This document shows, piece after piece, positions 7,590 through 16,313 of a stretch of 34,161 nucleotides of DNA. The DNA comes from Candidatus Sumerlaeota bacterium (GTDB taxonomy: Bacteria; Sumerlaeota; Sumerlaeia; JADFCT01), in the NCBI GenBank assembly GCA_017161665.1, contig JADFCT010000001.1, positions 1 to 34,161 of the forward strand, in the 5' to 3' direction. The notes under the pieces are model-generated. The model did no database searches. It saw nothing but the letters and a program-made list of their open reading frames with translations, and was not told the DNA's origin. Every line of letters begins with the position of its first letter. Position 1 is the stretch's first letter. The translations under genes were made by a program, and so were the position numbers.

Positions 7590-10500
7590 ATGCCCTTGAC
7601 CGTTGAAAAAGATCTCTTTCGAGCCGTCAATGAGCAAGTGGACCCTCTGGCGATACTGAAACTGCTGGGGTGGTATCCCGAACTGGTCCGCCAGATGGGG
7701 GAGGCTATCCACAGCCGGTGTCCTTTGCACAAGGGGCTGTATTCCACGCTGCTGATTGACCGGAAGCGTCGAACGTATCTTTGTACGCGCCGCAGTTGCC
7801 GAGGGCATCGTGGCGGTGGGCTGGTGGATTTGTGGGCCACGGCAAACCGAATGGAGACGGTGCGGGCGGCTCTGGATTTGTGTGAGCGGTTTCATTTGGA
7901 AATCGATCGCGGGGCGCGGGCCGGCTGGAGTATGCGCTTGTTTGACGGCGCAGAAACCGCTTACGTCAAACGACGGCTGGATGAAGCGCTGGAGTTGACT
8001 CAAAAGTCCTTGGAACTGGATGGAGAGAATCTGGACGCGAAATTGCTCGGTGTCTCCCTTTTCATTGAGCGGGAGGACGTTGGAGGCGCCGTACGGCTGG
8101 GCAAGGAATTGATGGATGCGTTTCTCCGCCGAAATGAGCCGGATCGGGCGATTGAAATTGCGCAACGTTTACTGAGTGTTGAGCCTTACAGCGCAGAGAT
8201 CTACCAGCGCCTCCTGCGCGTTTTTGATGCGAAAGGGCAGCACGACAAGGCGCTGACACTGATTCGGGAAATGTGTGATCATCACAAGCGACAGGGAGAA
8301 CGGTCAAACAATAAGCAGTGGTATCAATTATGGCTCGAACGGGATCCCAGCCATGTGGATGCGCGGCGCGAACTTGCGGAGTTGGAACTGGAAGCGGGAC
8401 GGCAGGGTGAGGCGTTGGTCCATTTAAGACTGTTGCGTGATCAGTTGTTGTCCCAACGCGATGAGACGGCCGCCAATGAAGTTTTGGAGAAAATGATTCA
8501 GATCAAGCCTGACGACAGGCGTTCCTTATATGCCATGGGCCAACAGGCGTTTCGGCGAGGGGAGCGGGACGAAGCGCGGCGCATGTTTCAGCGGCTGGAA
8601 GAACTGTATATCGAAGCGCAGGACTACCCGAATGCGCAGTATTGTCAACGCTGGTTGCTACAAATATCCCCGAACGATCTGCCGACGCTGAGGCGGTTGG
8701 CCTGGGTGTCAGAGGCCTCCGGCGACTATGAAAAAGCCATGGAAGTTTATGAAAAGGCTTTGGGGATCGCCGAGAAAAATAAAGATACTGGAACACACAA
8801 GGAAATCAAAGATCGCCTGACCATGTTGAGCGACGCCGGGGTGGCCCGGCGTGTTGAAGCTGTGGACCAACTGCTACAGGCAGGGCGTGTGGAAGAAGGG
8901 TTGTCGGAACTGCACATGCTCGCAGACCGGCTAATTTCTCTCAAGAGGCTGGATGAGGCCGGGGAACTGAACGAGCGGATTAGTTCGACAGCGGGGAATC
9001 GGCTCGACCATCGTATGCGCGTGGCGCGACGGTGGGAGGCCATCAACAATAAGGAGCAGGCGCTCCGGGAATATTTTGAAGTGGCGCGTCTGGCCGAAGG
9101 TCCAACGAATGCCGTCCTCCGGATCGAAGCCGGCGAGCGTGGGCTTGCGCTGGAACCCAAGAATACGGATATGCTCGAACTGTATTTTCTGGGCCGTCGC
9201 GACGCGGGGGATTGGGAGGAAATGCTGGAATGTGGGTATCGGCTTGTGGACACGTATATCGGGCAAGGTCGGGACGAAGAGGCGGAAGGCATTCTGAAAA
9301 TCTGTCTGGAACAGGCGCCGCGCGACCCTGACAGCCGTCGACGCCTTGTCGATCTCTATGGCCGTCAAGAACGGTTTGACGATTTGCGCGTGTGGTTTGA
9401 CGAATGGGCTGACCCCTTGCCGACGGGTGAACGCGCTGGGGAACTGTTGGATCTGTGCCGGCTTTGTCTGGAGCAATACGCCGGATGCGCCGGCCTTCGG
9501 CTCCGGATCATCGAGATCTGTACCCAGATGGGAGCGGTTGATCTGGTGGCGGACACCATGCGCGTTGAGGCGGAAGTGTTGCTGGCAAATGGCGACGTGG
9601 ACGCCGGTCGTCGGATACTCGAAGAAATCCTGGCCTTGACCCCCGAGGATCACAAGGCGGTCACCGCGTTGGCCAAGGTGGTCCATAAATATGAGTCCTT
9701 TGATGCTGCGGCGCCGCATTATCTCCATGCCATTGAATTGCGGCATCACGATGCGCCGGATAGTACCCTGCGAACAGCCTATCAGCGCGTTCAGGGGTAT
9801 GATGAACACAACCTTTCCGTGCGGAGCGCCTACGCCAACTATCTGGAACGGATGAGCGACTGGCTGGCCGCGAAGGAGCAATACCTCATTTTGGCCGATC
9901 ACCTTGCGGAACAGGGCGACCAGACAGCTGAAGCCATGGCGGTTTTGGAGTATGTCAGTGATGTGGACCCGGATGATCCGTCCGTGGGATTCAAACTGGC
10001 GGCACTCTGTCACGAATCGGGTGAAACAGTTAAAGCCATTTCGGTTCTGAGGGACCTGGCGGCTCGTCTGGCGGCGGGAGGTGATGACGATAGCGCCCTG
10101 GCGGCTTATGAACGGATTCTGACAATGGATCCGCTGGATGGGCCGGCGGGCGAAGGAGTCGCGGACGCCCTGATCCGGCGGGGGGATGTGGCTCAGGGGA
10201 TCGAACGTTGCCTGATCATGGCGCGACAATGTCTCGAAAACGAGGATGAGCGCGAAGCGGCCCGATCGGCGGCGTCATGGCTGGATCGAATCGTCGCCGC
10301 TGATGATACGCATCAGGAAGCGCTCCTCAAGAGCGCCAGAGTCTGGCAGTCTTTGGGAAGCGTGGACAAAGCCCTGGAACGATATCGCCGACTGGCGCAG
10401 TTGCTGGACGCTGGGGATTTAGCATCTGAAGAGTCCATTGAGGTGTATGAGGCGATTGTCTCTTTGGCGCCGGATGATCTGCCGGTTGGCGAACGGCTGG

Positions 10501-13364
10501 CCGGGATGTACGAAACGATCGGACGGTTGGACGAGGCCAAGTCGGAATATCAGCGATTGAGCGATATTTGTGTTTCACGGAAAGATGTCGATCGGGTCGA
10601 GGTTTATTTCAAACGAATGCAGGCGCTGGATCCGAGCGACGCCGTGAGCGCGGAACTGTTGGGACGTTTATACCAGAAGAAAGGCGATTCGACCGCCGCT
10701 TTTGCCGAATACAAGAAAGCGGCGGATATCTATTGCGATGATGATGACGCGCCGCACGCGATCCCCATGCTGAATATCCTGAAAAAACTGAATCCGAACG
10801 CCCTGGATGTTCGCGAACGGTTGATCGCGATGCTGGCCTCAGAGCGGCAGGTGGGGCGGGCGGTTGTGGAATGCAGTGAACTGTGTCGGACGGCTTTTGA
10901 GGCTCAGGATGTGGATTGCGCTTTGCGTGTGGCCAATCGACTGGCTCAGATCGCGCCGGACGCCAAGGGGGCGCGACTGGAAAGTGTTCGCCTGATGAGT
11001 CAGCACGGGCGTCGGGAGGCGGCACAAGCCGAAATGACCGCGCTGTTAGAACGCTTTGAAACGAATCGTCGCTGGGAACAGGTTTTGGAACTTGCGGATG
11101 TCGCGCTGGAATTGTTTCCCGATGAGCCAGCCTACGCTTCCATGCGGCTTAAGGCGTTTAAAGAATTGGGGAGAGAAGGCGAAGCCGTTACCGATGCCCG
11201 GCGTCTGGCGGAAGACTACCGCCGTCAGGGAGAATGGAACGCGGCGGTCGAGGCATACCGTCAGGTGGTGGGTCTGGCGCCACGCGATCTGGAATCACTT
11301 CAGGCGTTGGGGGAAATCTATTCCGAGCAGGGACGCCATGCCGAGGCTTTGGACGCATTCCGTTCGATTGTAACCATTACGGCGGAAGATTCCAATTTTG
11401 AGCGCGCCATTCAGGCGCAGGAACGGATTGTGGGATTGGAGGGAGCGTCTCTGGTTGAGCGGCGGACGCTGGCGCGGCTTTATGATCAGACTGGCCGAAC
11501 GGACGCCATGGCCGAAGAAATGATGACCTATGCCATGGCTTGTGTGGGCCAGAGTAATCCGGCCGAAGCGCGGGCGGCTTTTGAGGCTATTCTGGCGGCT
11601 GTCCCCCATCACGAATCAGCGCTCCGGCACTTGGTGGATTTGTATGCGCACGCCGGCGACGAGGCCGGCGCCTGCCAGCTGCTGATGGACAAGGGACAGG
11701 CGTTCATGAACAGCGGCGATTGGTCTCAAGCAGAGGAGACCTTGCTGTGGGCTAACGAAATGGATCCACAGAACGCCGAGGCGCGCCGAAGATGGGCCGT
11801 CTTGTTGACGAAACTTGGCAAAAAAGAGGTCGCGATCCAGCAATGGAAACGAGTCGCCGAGCTGGTGGGAGAGTATGGCGCTGTCCTGAGCGAACCTGAA
11901 TCGTTGAGCCTGTCTCAAATATGGACACAGGCCGTGGCGCTGGCGCCCGATGACGCCGAGTTACGGGTTGCGCGGGCCTCCGCTCGTGAATCGGAGGGGG
12001 CGGATAGTGACGCGGTTGATGACCTGCTGAGCGCCGTTCGCTTATGCTATGATCAGGGAACGATGGCCCGGGCCCTGGATCACTGCCGCCGGGCGCTGGC
12101 GATTTGCCAGAAGCGGCAACTGGATGAAGCGGCCGCTCGGGCGCATCATCTCCTGATGGATATTTACGCGGAACAGAACGACGCCCCCCGCGCCGTCAAT
12201 GAGATTCAGTTGCTCTATCAGCGTTATGTCAATGCCGGTCAGCTGGCCGAGGCGGAAGAACTGCTCAAGCGGGGGCTGGAACTGGATCCGGAGAATGCCA
12301 GGCTCAATGTCTGGATGGGGGAAACCTTGTTGAGCCTCAATCGAAAAGGACTGGCGGTCAAGTCACTGATCAAAGGGATGAATCTGTTCGACCAGATGGG
12401 GGACGCGGATCACCGGGATGAAATTCTGGATAAGATCCTTGTATTGGAACCGGATAATGCGGAAGTAATCCAACCACTGATTCAGTCTCTACTGCGAAAA
12501 GGTGAAAACGAAGAAGCGTTTCGCAAAATGGCCGATCTCGCCAAAATCCACCTGCAGAAGGGGGGCTTTGACAAGGCCGAAGAAGAGTATCGGCGCATTC
12601 TTTCCTATCAGCCGGACAATGAGCAGGCGTGGCAGGGGTTGATCCAAACCCATGAGCGAATGGGTGCCCCATCGGATCTGACGGCAGACTATATGGGCTT
12701 GAGCGAGGTGTACCTCAAGGTCGGCCGTGTGTTTGACGCTGTACAGACCTTGCGAAAGGCTTTGGATTCGGATCCCGACAATGTTTCCTTGCGCCGGAGA
12801 TATTTGGAACTCTATCTCCAGGTGGGCCCCGAAACGGACTTGATTGATGATTATCTACAACTGGCGGCGGCTTATGAGCGGTTAGGACAGGCGCAGGAAG
12901 CGCGGCGCTGGTATAAGAAGGTAAAAGCCCTGACTCCGGATAACGAAATTGCGAACGAGTTTTTGCGGCGAGGGGAACTGGCCGCGACCATGGAGTTGCG
13001 CCGCGATCGCCTCGACGCCATGATTCAGGCCGCCGTCAATCAACCGGTCGATGAGACTGAAAAAATACCGGAAGAACAAATCGCCAATTATCGAAGTATC
13101 CTGAATATCAATGAACACAATACCGATGTACGCATTGAATTGGCGGAGTATCTGGATCGGGTGGGGCAGGTGGACGAGGCCTATCAGGAATGGGTAAAGG
13201 CCGGGGAATCATTAATCCTCAACGGTTCCGTCAGCGAAGGGATCGAAATTCTTGAACAAATGACCCGACGCAAGCCCAACGACGCCAAAGTTCGCGCTTC
13301 CCTGTCCCGCGCTGTCCTGAAGCGTGACGCCTTTTCCGCCATCGATTCGCTGTTTGACGATTGA
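7590..13364 (+). CDS. 1,924-aa cytoplasmic megaprotein: N-terminal primase-type CHC2 zinc-finger-like domain followed by ~1,800 aa of TPR-like repeats
   Basis: ATG at 7590. Residues 17-105 read VDPLAILKLLGW...HSRCPLHKGLYSTLLIDRKRRTYLCTRRSCRGHRGGGLVDLWA, i.e. CxxH...CxxxxC in a zf-CHC2-like context. The remainder is continuous TPR-like helical hairpins, for example ALELDPENARLNVWMGETLL, ILSYQPDNEQAWQGLIQTHERMG and ALDSDPDNVSLRRRYLELYLQVG. I saw no signal peptide, TM helix or Walker-A (GxxxxGK[ST]) motif. Confidence 0.85.
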   Translation: MPLTVEKDLFRAVNEQVDPLAILKLLGWYPELVRQMGEAIHSRCPLHKGLYSTLLIDRKRRTYLCTRRSCRGHRGGGLVDLWATANRMETVRAALDLCERFHLEIDRGARAGWSMRLFDGAETAYVKRRLDEALELTQKSLELDGENLDAKLLGVSLFIEREDVGGAVRLGKELMDAFLRRNEPDRAIEIAQRLLSVEPYSAEIYQRLLRVFDAKGQHDKALTLIREMCDHHKRQGERSNNKQWYQLWLERDPSHVDARRELAELELEAGRQGEALVHLRLLRDQLLSQRDETAANEVLEKMIQIKPDDRRSLYAMGQQAFRRGERDEARRMFQRLEELYIEAQDYPNAQYCQRWLLQISPNDLPTLRRLAWVSEASGDYEKAMEVYEKALGIAEKNKDTGTHKEIKDRLTMLSDAGVARRVEAVDQLLQAGRVEEGLSELHMLADRLISLKRLDEAGELNERISSTAGNRLDHRMRVARRWEAINNKEQALREYFEVARLAEGPTNAVLRIEAGERGLALEPKNTDMLELYFLGRRDAGDWEEMLECGYRLVDTYIGQGRDEEAEGILKICLEQAPRDPDSRRRLVDLYGRQERFDDLRVWFDEWADPLPTGERAGELLDLCRLCLEQYAGCAGLRLRIIEICTQMGAVDLVADTMRVEAEVLLANGDVDAGRRILEEILALTPEDHKAVTALAKVVHKYESFDAAAPHYLHAIELRHHDAPDSTLRTAYQRVQGYDEHNLSVRSAYANYLERMSDWLAAKEQYLILADHLAEQGDQTAEAMAVLEYVSDVDPDDPSVGFKLAALCHESGETVKAISVLRDLAARLAAGGDDDSALAAYERILTMDPLDGPAGEGVADALIRRGDVAQGIERCLIMARQCLENEDEREAARSAASWLDRIVAADDTHQEALLKSARVWQSLGSVDKALERYRRLAQLLDAGDLASEESIEVYEAIVSLAPDDLPVGERLAGMYETIGRLDEAKSEYQRLSDICVSRKDVDRVEVYFKRMQALDPSDAVSAELLGRLYQKKGDSTAAFAEYKKAADIYCDDDDAPHAIPMLNILKKLNPNALDVRERLIAMLASERQVGRAVVECSELCRTAFEAQDVDCALRVANRLAQIAPDAKGARLESVRLMSQHGRREAAQAEMTALLERFETNRRWEQVLELADVALELFPDEPAYASMRLKAFKELGREGEAVTDARRLAEDYRRQGEWNAAVEAYRQVVGLAPRDLESLQALGEIYSEQGRHAEALDAFRSIVTITAEDSNFERAIQAQERIVGLEGASLVERRTLARLYDQTGRTDAMAEEMMTYAMACVGQSNPAEARAAFEAILAAVPHHESALRHLVDLYAHAGDEAGACQLLMDKGQAFMNSGDWSQAEETLLWANEMDPQNAEARRRWAVLLTKLGKKEVAIQQWKRVAELVGEYGAVLSEPESLSLSQIWTQAVALAPDDAELRVARASARESEGADSDAVDDLLSAVRLCYDQGTMARALDHCRRALAICQKRQLDEAAARAHHLLMDIYAEQNDAPRAVNEIQLLYQRYVNAGQLAEAEELLKRGLELDPENARLNVWMGETLLSLNRKGLAVKSLIKGMNLFDQMGDADHRDEILDKILVLEPDNAEVIQPLIQSLLRKGENEEAFRKMADLAKIHLQKGGFDKAEEEYRRILSYQPDNEQAWQGLIQTHERMGAPSDLTADYMGLSEVYLKVGRVFDAVQTLRKALDSDPDNVSLRRRYLELYLQVGPETDLIDDYLQLAAAYERLGQAQEARRWYKKVKALTPDNEIANEFLRRGELAATMELRRDRLDAMIQAAVNQPVDETEKIPEEQIANYRSILNINEHNTDVRIELAEYLDRVGQVDEAYQEWVKAGESLILNGSVSEGIEILEQMTRRKPNDAKVRASLSRAVLKRDAFSAIDSLFDD

Positions 13365-13377
13365 TCCCGCTGAAACC

Positions 13378-13406
13378 GAAGCGCGCAACGGTAGTTGTGC
13401 GCTTTC
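13378..13406. terminator. Stem-loop between convergent genes; candidate bidirectional terminator
   Basis: GAAGCGCGCAAC-ggta-GTTGTGCGCTTTC forms about 11 bp including one G-U pair. Short U-stretches flank it on both strands (GATTTC on +, GGTTTC on -). It lies 14 nt after the TPR-gene stop and 20 nt after the epimerase stop. Confidence 0.4.
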
Positions 13407-13425
13407 GATTTCTATGGGGGGCTGT

Positions 13426-14376
13426 CTAGGCTTCTTCCGCGATTGACTCGCGATACCAGTCAATCGTTCGCTGGAGGCCTTCCTTGAAGGAAACCGTCGG
13501 TTCATAGTGCAGGTTCTTCCGGGCCAGCGATATGTCGGCCTTCGAGTGCTGGATGTCGCCAACGCGGGGGGGGCCAAACGTTGGTCTCACATCACAGCCG
13601 ACAATTTCGGCGACGGCCTCATATAATTCCAGAAGATTGACCGACTCGCCGCAAGCCACATTATAGACCTGTCCTTCGGCCTTGAAATCGCCTGTGGCGG
13701 CCAGAATATTCGCTCGCACATTGTTTTCCACGTACGTGAAATCCCGCGATTGCAGCCCGTCCCCATATATGGTCGGCGCGTCGCCTTGGAGCAGTTTTGT
13801 GATGAACAGCGAAATGACGCCGCTGTACATGGAGGACGGATCCTGTCGTGGACCGAAGACATTGAAGTATCGGAGGCTGACGGTTTCGAGACCATAACAG
13901 GCGCTGAAGGCGCGCAGGTAGTATTCGCTTGCCAGTTTGGCCACACCATAGGGAGACAGCGGATCCGGACGCATCGTCTCGGTTTTGAAATCGCCGGGTT
14001 GATCGCCGTATGCGGAACTGGAGGCGGCATAAACCAGACGTTTGATTTTGGCGTCCCGCGCTGCCGTGAGCAGATTGATGGTTCCGGTCGCGCAATGATT
14101 GTGTGTGACCAGAGGGTCCTCCACGGATTTGGCTACGGAAGGTAAAGCCGCCTGATGGAGAATGTAGTCCATCCCGTTCACAGCTTTGACGCAATCGGCG
14201 GGATCGCAAATATCGCCTTTGATGAACTCCACTTGATCACCGAATCGATCGACATTCCTTTGATAGCCCGTGGACAGGTTGTCCAGAATCCGAACCGATT
14301 CGCCATTTTTGAGCAAAAACTCCGTAATATTGGAGCCAATAAAACCCGCTCCGCCCGTCACCAGATAGTTGGCCAT
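13426..14376 (-). CDS. NAD-dependent extended-SDR nucleotide-sugar epimerase (UDP-hexose / UDP-HexNAc 4-epimerase-like)
   Basis: The track ORF is 13426..14436. I prefer ATG 14376 (AGGTGA 5 nt upstream), giving MANYLVTGGAGFIGSN (Rossmann GxxGxxG). The catalytic YxxxK is in YGVAKLASE. RYFNVFGPRQDP and YGDGLQSRDFTYVEN are typical of the WbpP/TviC/GalE-like group. The substrate cannot be determined by eye. Confidence 0.88.
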   Translation of the reverse strand: MANYLVTGGAGFIGSNITEFLLKNGESVRILDNLSTGYQRNVDRFGDQVEFIKGDICDPADCVKAVNGMDYILHQAALPSVAKSVEDPLVTHNHCATGTINLLTAARDAKIKRLVYAASSSAYGDQPGDFKTETMRPDPLSPYGVAKLASEYYLRAFSACYGLETVSLRYFNVFGPRQDPSSMYSGVISLFITKLLQGDAPTIYGDGLQSRDFTYVENNVRANILAATGDFKAEGQVYNVACGESVNLLELYEAVAEIVGCDVRPTFGPPRVGDIQHSKADISLARKNLHYEPTVSFKEGLQRTIDWYRESIAEEA

Positions 14377-14624
14377 AAATATCACCTGATTGTCTGTCAA
14401 ATATGAGTGACCCGTGTGGCGGGCCCTACACGTCAAAAAAAAAAATATTATCCTACAATTCGTGCTCTGCTCAATCCCAAATATCGCCCATTTTCACCTG
14501 TTTTGTCTAGCGCGCCAGAGCGACTGAGAAACTTTTCTGAAATATGAGCTTGTTCATTTCGATCCCTTTTCGCCATGGTTGGGCCGCCATATTATTATGA
14601 TTTGGAACAGGATTGTGACCAAGG

Positions 14625-16313
14625 ATGAAAATTAAAAAAAACCTGATAAGACTTTTTCGTCTGGCGCCGGATCGAGAGGACATCACGCAAAATTGGCGCG
14701 AATATCTCGCGGCCGGTTTATCGGGCGGTATCCTCCGTCTTGCCTTTCCCCAACCGGATCTCGGGTGGTTGGCATGGGTGGGGCTGGTTCCCTTGTTTTG
14801 GGCTTTACGCCGGCAAACGGGCAAAGCGGCCTTTTATCGGGGCTGGTTTTTCGGATTTGTTTTTTATTATGGGATTTCGTTTTTTCTGAATACCCTCCAT
14901 GTCTTTGCGCCGGTTGTTGTGATTGGAATCGTGGCGTTGGGCCTGATCCAGGGATTGTATGCCGGTGTCTTTGCCTGGGGGGTGGGCGTCTTGGGGCGAA
15001 AAAGCCGGAAAAGTGTGATTTGGTTTGCGCCCGCCTGGTGGACGCTTCTGGAGTCCATCCGCTCTTCAGGGGAACTGGGCTTTCCCTTCGGCGCCCTGGC
15101 GCATTCACAGTACAATCAGACCGGATTGATCCAATTGGTTTCCCTGACGGGAACAGGGGCGCTGTCATTTTTGATCGTCTGGATTAATGGTCTGGTGGCC
15201 GATCTTTTTTTTGACGATGAACGGCCCATCCGACGTCGGGCGCTGGATTGCACGGTGGGACTGACGGCGCTGGCGACGGTCTGGGGGGCGGGCTATGGCG
15301 TTTCCCGGATTGATTTGGCGCGAGGGGATACGTTTCATCTGACATTGATTCAACCCAGTGTGCCGCAGATCGAAAAATGGAACAGTTATATGATGTATCC
15401 CCAGTCACCGGCCACAGCCATGAAGGCATGGGATGCGATGGCCCGACAGATTGTGGAAATGACGGATGAAGCGCTTGCCGCCGTTGGTTCGGGGGCGGAA
15501 GGATCGACAGCGGCGCCGGATATGATCATCTGGCCAGAGACCGCCATTCCCGATTTTTTCTTCAATGTGTCTGAAGGCGCTGGTCAGCCGCCTCGCTATG
15601 CGCAGCTGGTCGAGGAAGCCGCTGTCAAATGGCGGACACCCATTCTGATGGGCGCGGCCCGTCAGGTGATGGCCGACGATGGCCGTCGAGCCCAGGAGTC
15701 CTATAACAGCGCCTATGTCTTTACGCCGACGGGCGGGATGAGTGATCAGACCTACGACAAAATCCATCTGGTCCCCTTCGGGGAGGATATGTCTTATCTG
15801 CGCTTTATTCCATATATTGAGGCGATCGGTCTGACGGTCGGGAGTTTCGACCGGGGGAAGTCGATGACGGTTTTCGAAGTTCGTGGCGCGGAAACGCAAC
15901 AGTCCATGCGCTTTTCGACGCTGATTTGTTTTGAATCCACCATGCCTTATCTGTTCCGTCGGGCTGCCCGCGCGGGCGCCGAGTTCATGGTCGTCGTCAC
16001 AAACGATGGCTGGTATGGCGTATCCAGTGGGCCGAAACAGCATCAGATTCAATCAATCTTTCGCGCCGTCGAAACCGGCCGGTGGGTGGTTCGGTGCGCG
16101 AATAATGGGATCAGTTGCTTCATATCGCCGCAGGGGCGCATCGCGAGAGCGACCGAGTTGAACGAAATCGGCAGTCTGTCGGCGTCCATTTATCCCAGGA
16201 CGGGACAGACGCCCTATGTGCGCATCGGCCCCTGGTTTGGATGGTTGTGCTTCATACTGTGTGGGGTTGGTTTGGGGAGGGCGGTACGGCGCAAGCCGAC
16301 GCCGGATTTATAG
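14625..16313 (+). CDS. lnt: Apolipoprotein N-acyltransferase
   Basis: 562-aa ORF with a polytopic N-terminal membrane region and a C-terminal CN-hydrolase domain. The Lnt catalytic-triad contexts are IIWPETAIP (Glu), YDKIHLVPFGE (Lys) and TLICFES (Cys). Confidence 0.9.
   Translation: MKIKKNLIRLFRLAPDREDITQNWREYLAAGLSGGILRLAFPQPDLGWLAWVGLVPLFWALRRQTGKAAFYRGWFFGFVFYYGISFFLNTLHVFAPVVVIGIVALGLIQGLYAGVFAWGVGVLGRKSRKSVIWFAPAWWTLLESIRSSGELGFPFGALAHSQYNQTGLIQLVSLTGTGALSFLIVWINGLVADLFFDDERPIRRRALDCTVGLTALATVWGAGYGVSRIDLARGDTFHLTLIQPSVPQIEKWNSYMMYPQSPATAMKAWDAMARQIVEMTDEALAAVGSGAEGSTAAPDMIIWPETAIPDFFFNVSEGAGQPPRYAQLVEEAAVKWRTPILMGAARQVMADDGRRAQESYNSAYVFTPTGGMSDQTYDKIHLVPFGEDMSYLRFIPYIEAIGLTVGSFDRGKSMTVFEVRGAETQQSMRFSTLICFESTMPYLFRRAARAGAEFMVVVTNDGWYGVSSGPKQHQIQSIFRAVETGRWVVRCANNGISCFISPQGRIARATELNEIGSLSASIYPRTGQTPYVRIGPWFGWLCFILCGVGLGRAVRRKPTPDL

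Noticed and set aside
8747-10229. Long minus-strand ORFs (181 aa and 432 aa) inside the TPR gene
   Set aside because: They are antisense shadows in a GC-rich repeat-coding region. They show no motifs and overlap a 1,924-aa uninterrupted sense frame with clear TPR periodicity.
7590-13364. The idea that the TPR megaprotein is a STAND/Avs-like defence NTPase
   Set aside because: No Walker-A/P-loop, nuclease or other effector motif is visible anywhere in the 1,924 aa. Only the zinc finger and helical repeats are present.
14377-14436. N-terminal extensions of track ORFs (for example 14436, 20315, 21480, 24244, 25224, 25760, 28805, 31546, 32945)
   Set aside because: The track takes the first ATG/GTG/TTG after a stop. 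In each case an internal ATG has a Shine-Dalgarno-like element, and/or avoids overlap with the upstream gene, and/or sits at a canonical domain or signal-peptide start. Those internal starts were preferred.
14435-14445. A11 run upstream of the epimerase gene, plus A8-A9 runs at the starts of lnt (14636-14643) and the NTF2-like gene (32853-32861)
   Set aside because: The coding runs simply encode Lys-rich N-termini (MKIKK, MKKK), which are typical of signal or membrane anchors. The intergenic run has no associated hairpin in terminator orientation. Only the ribF A10 run is reported, at low interest.
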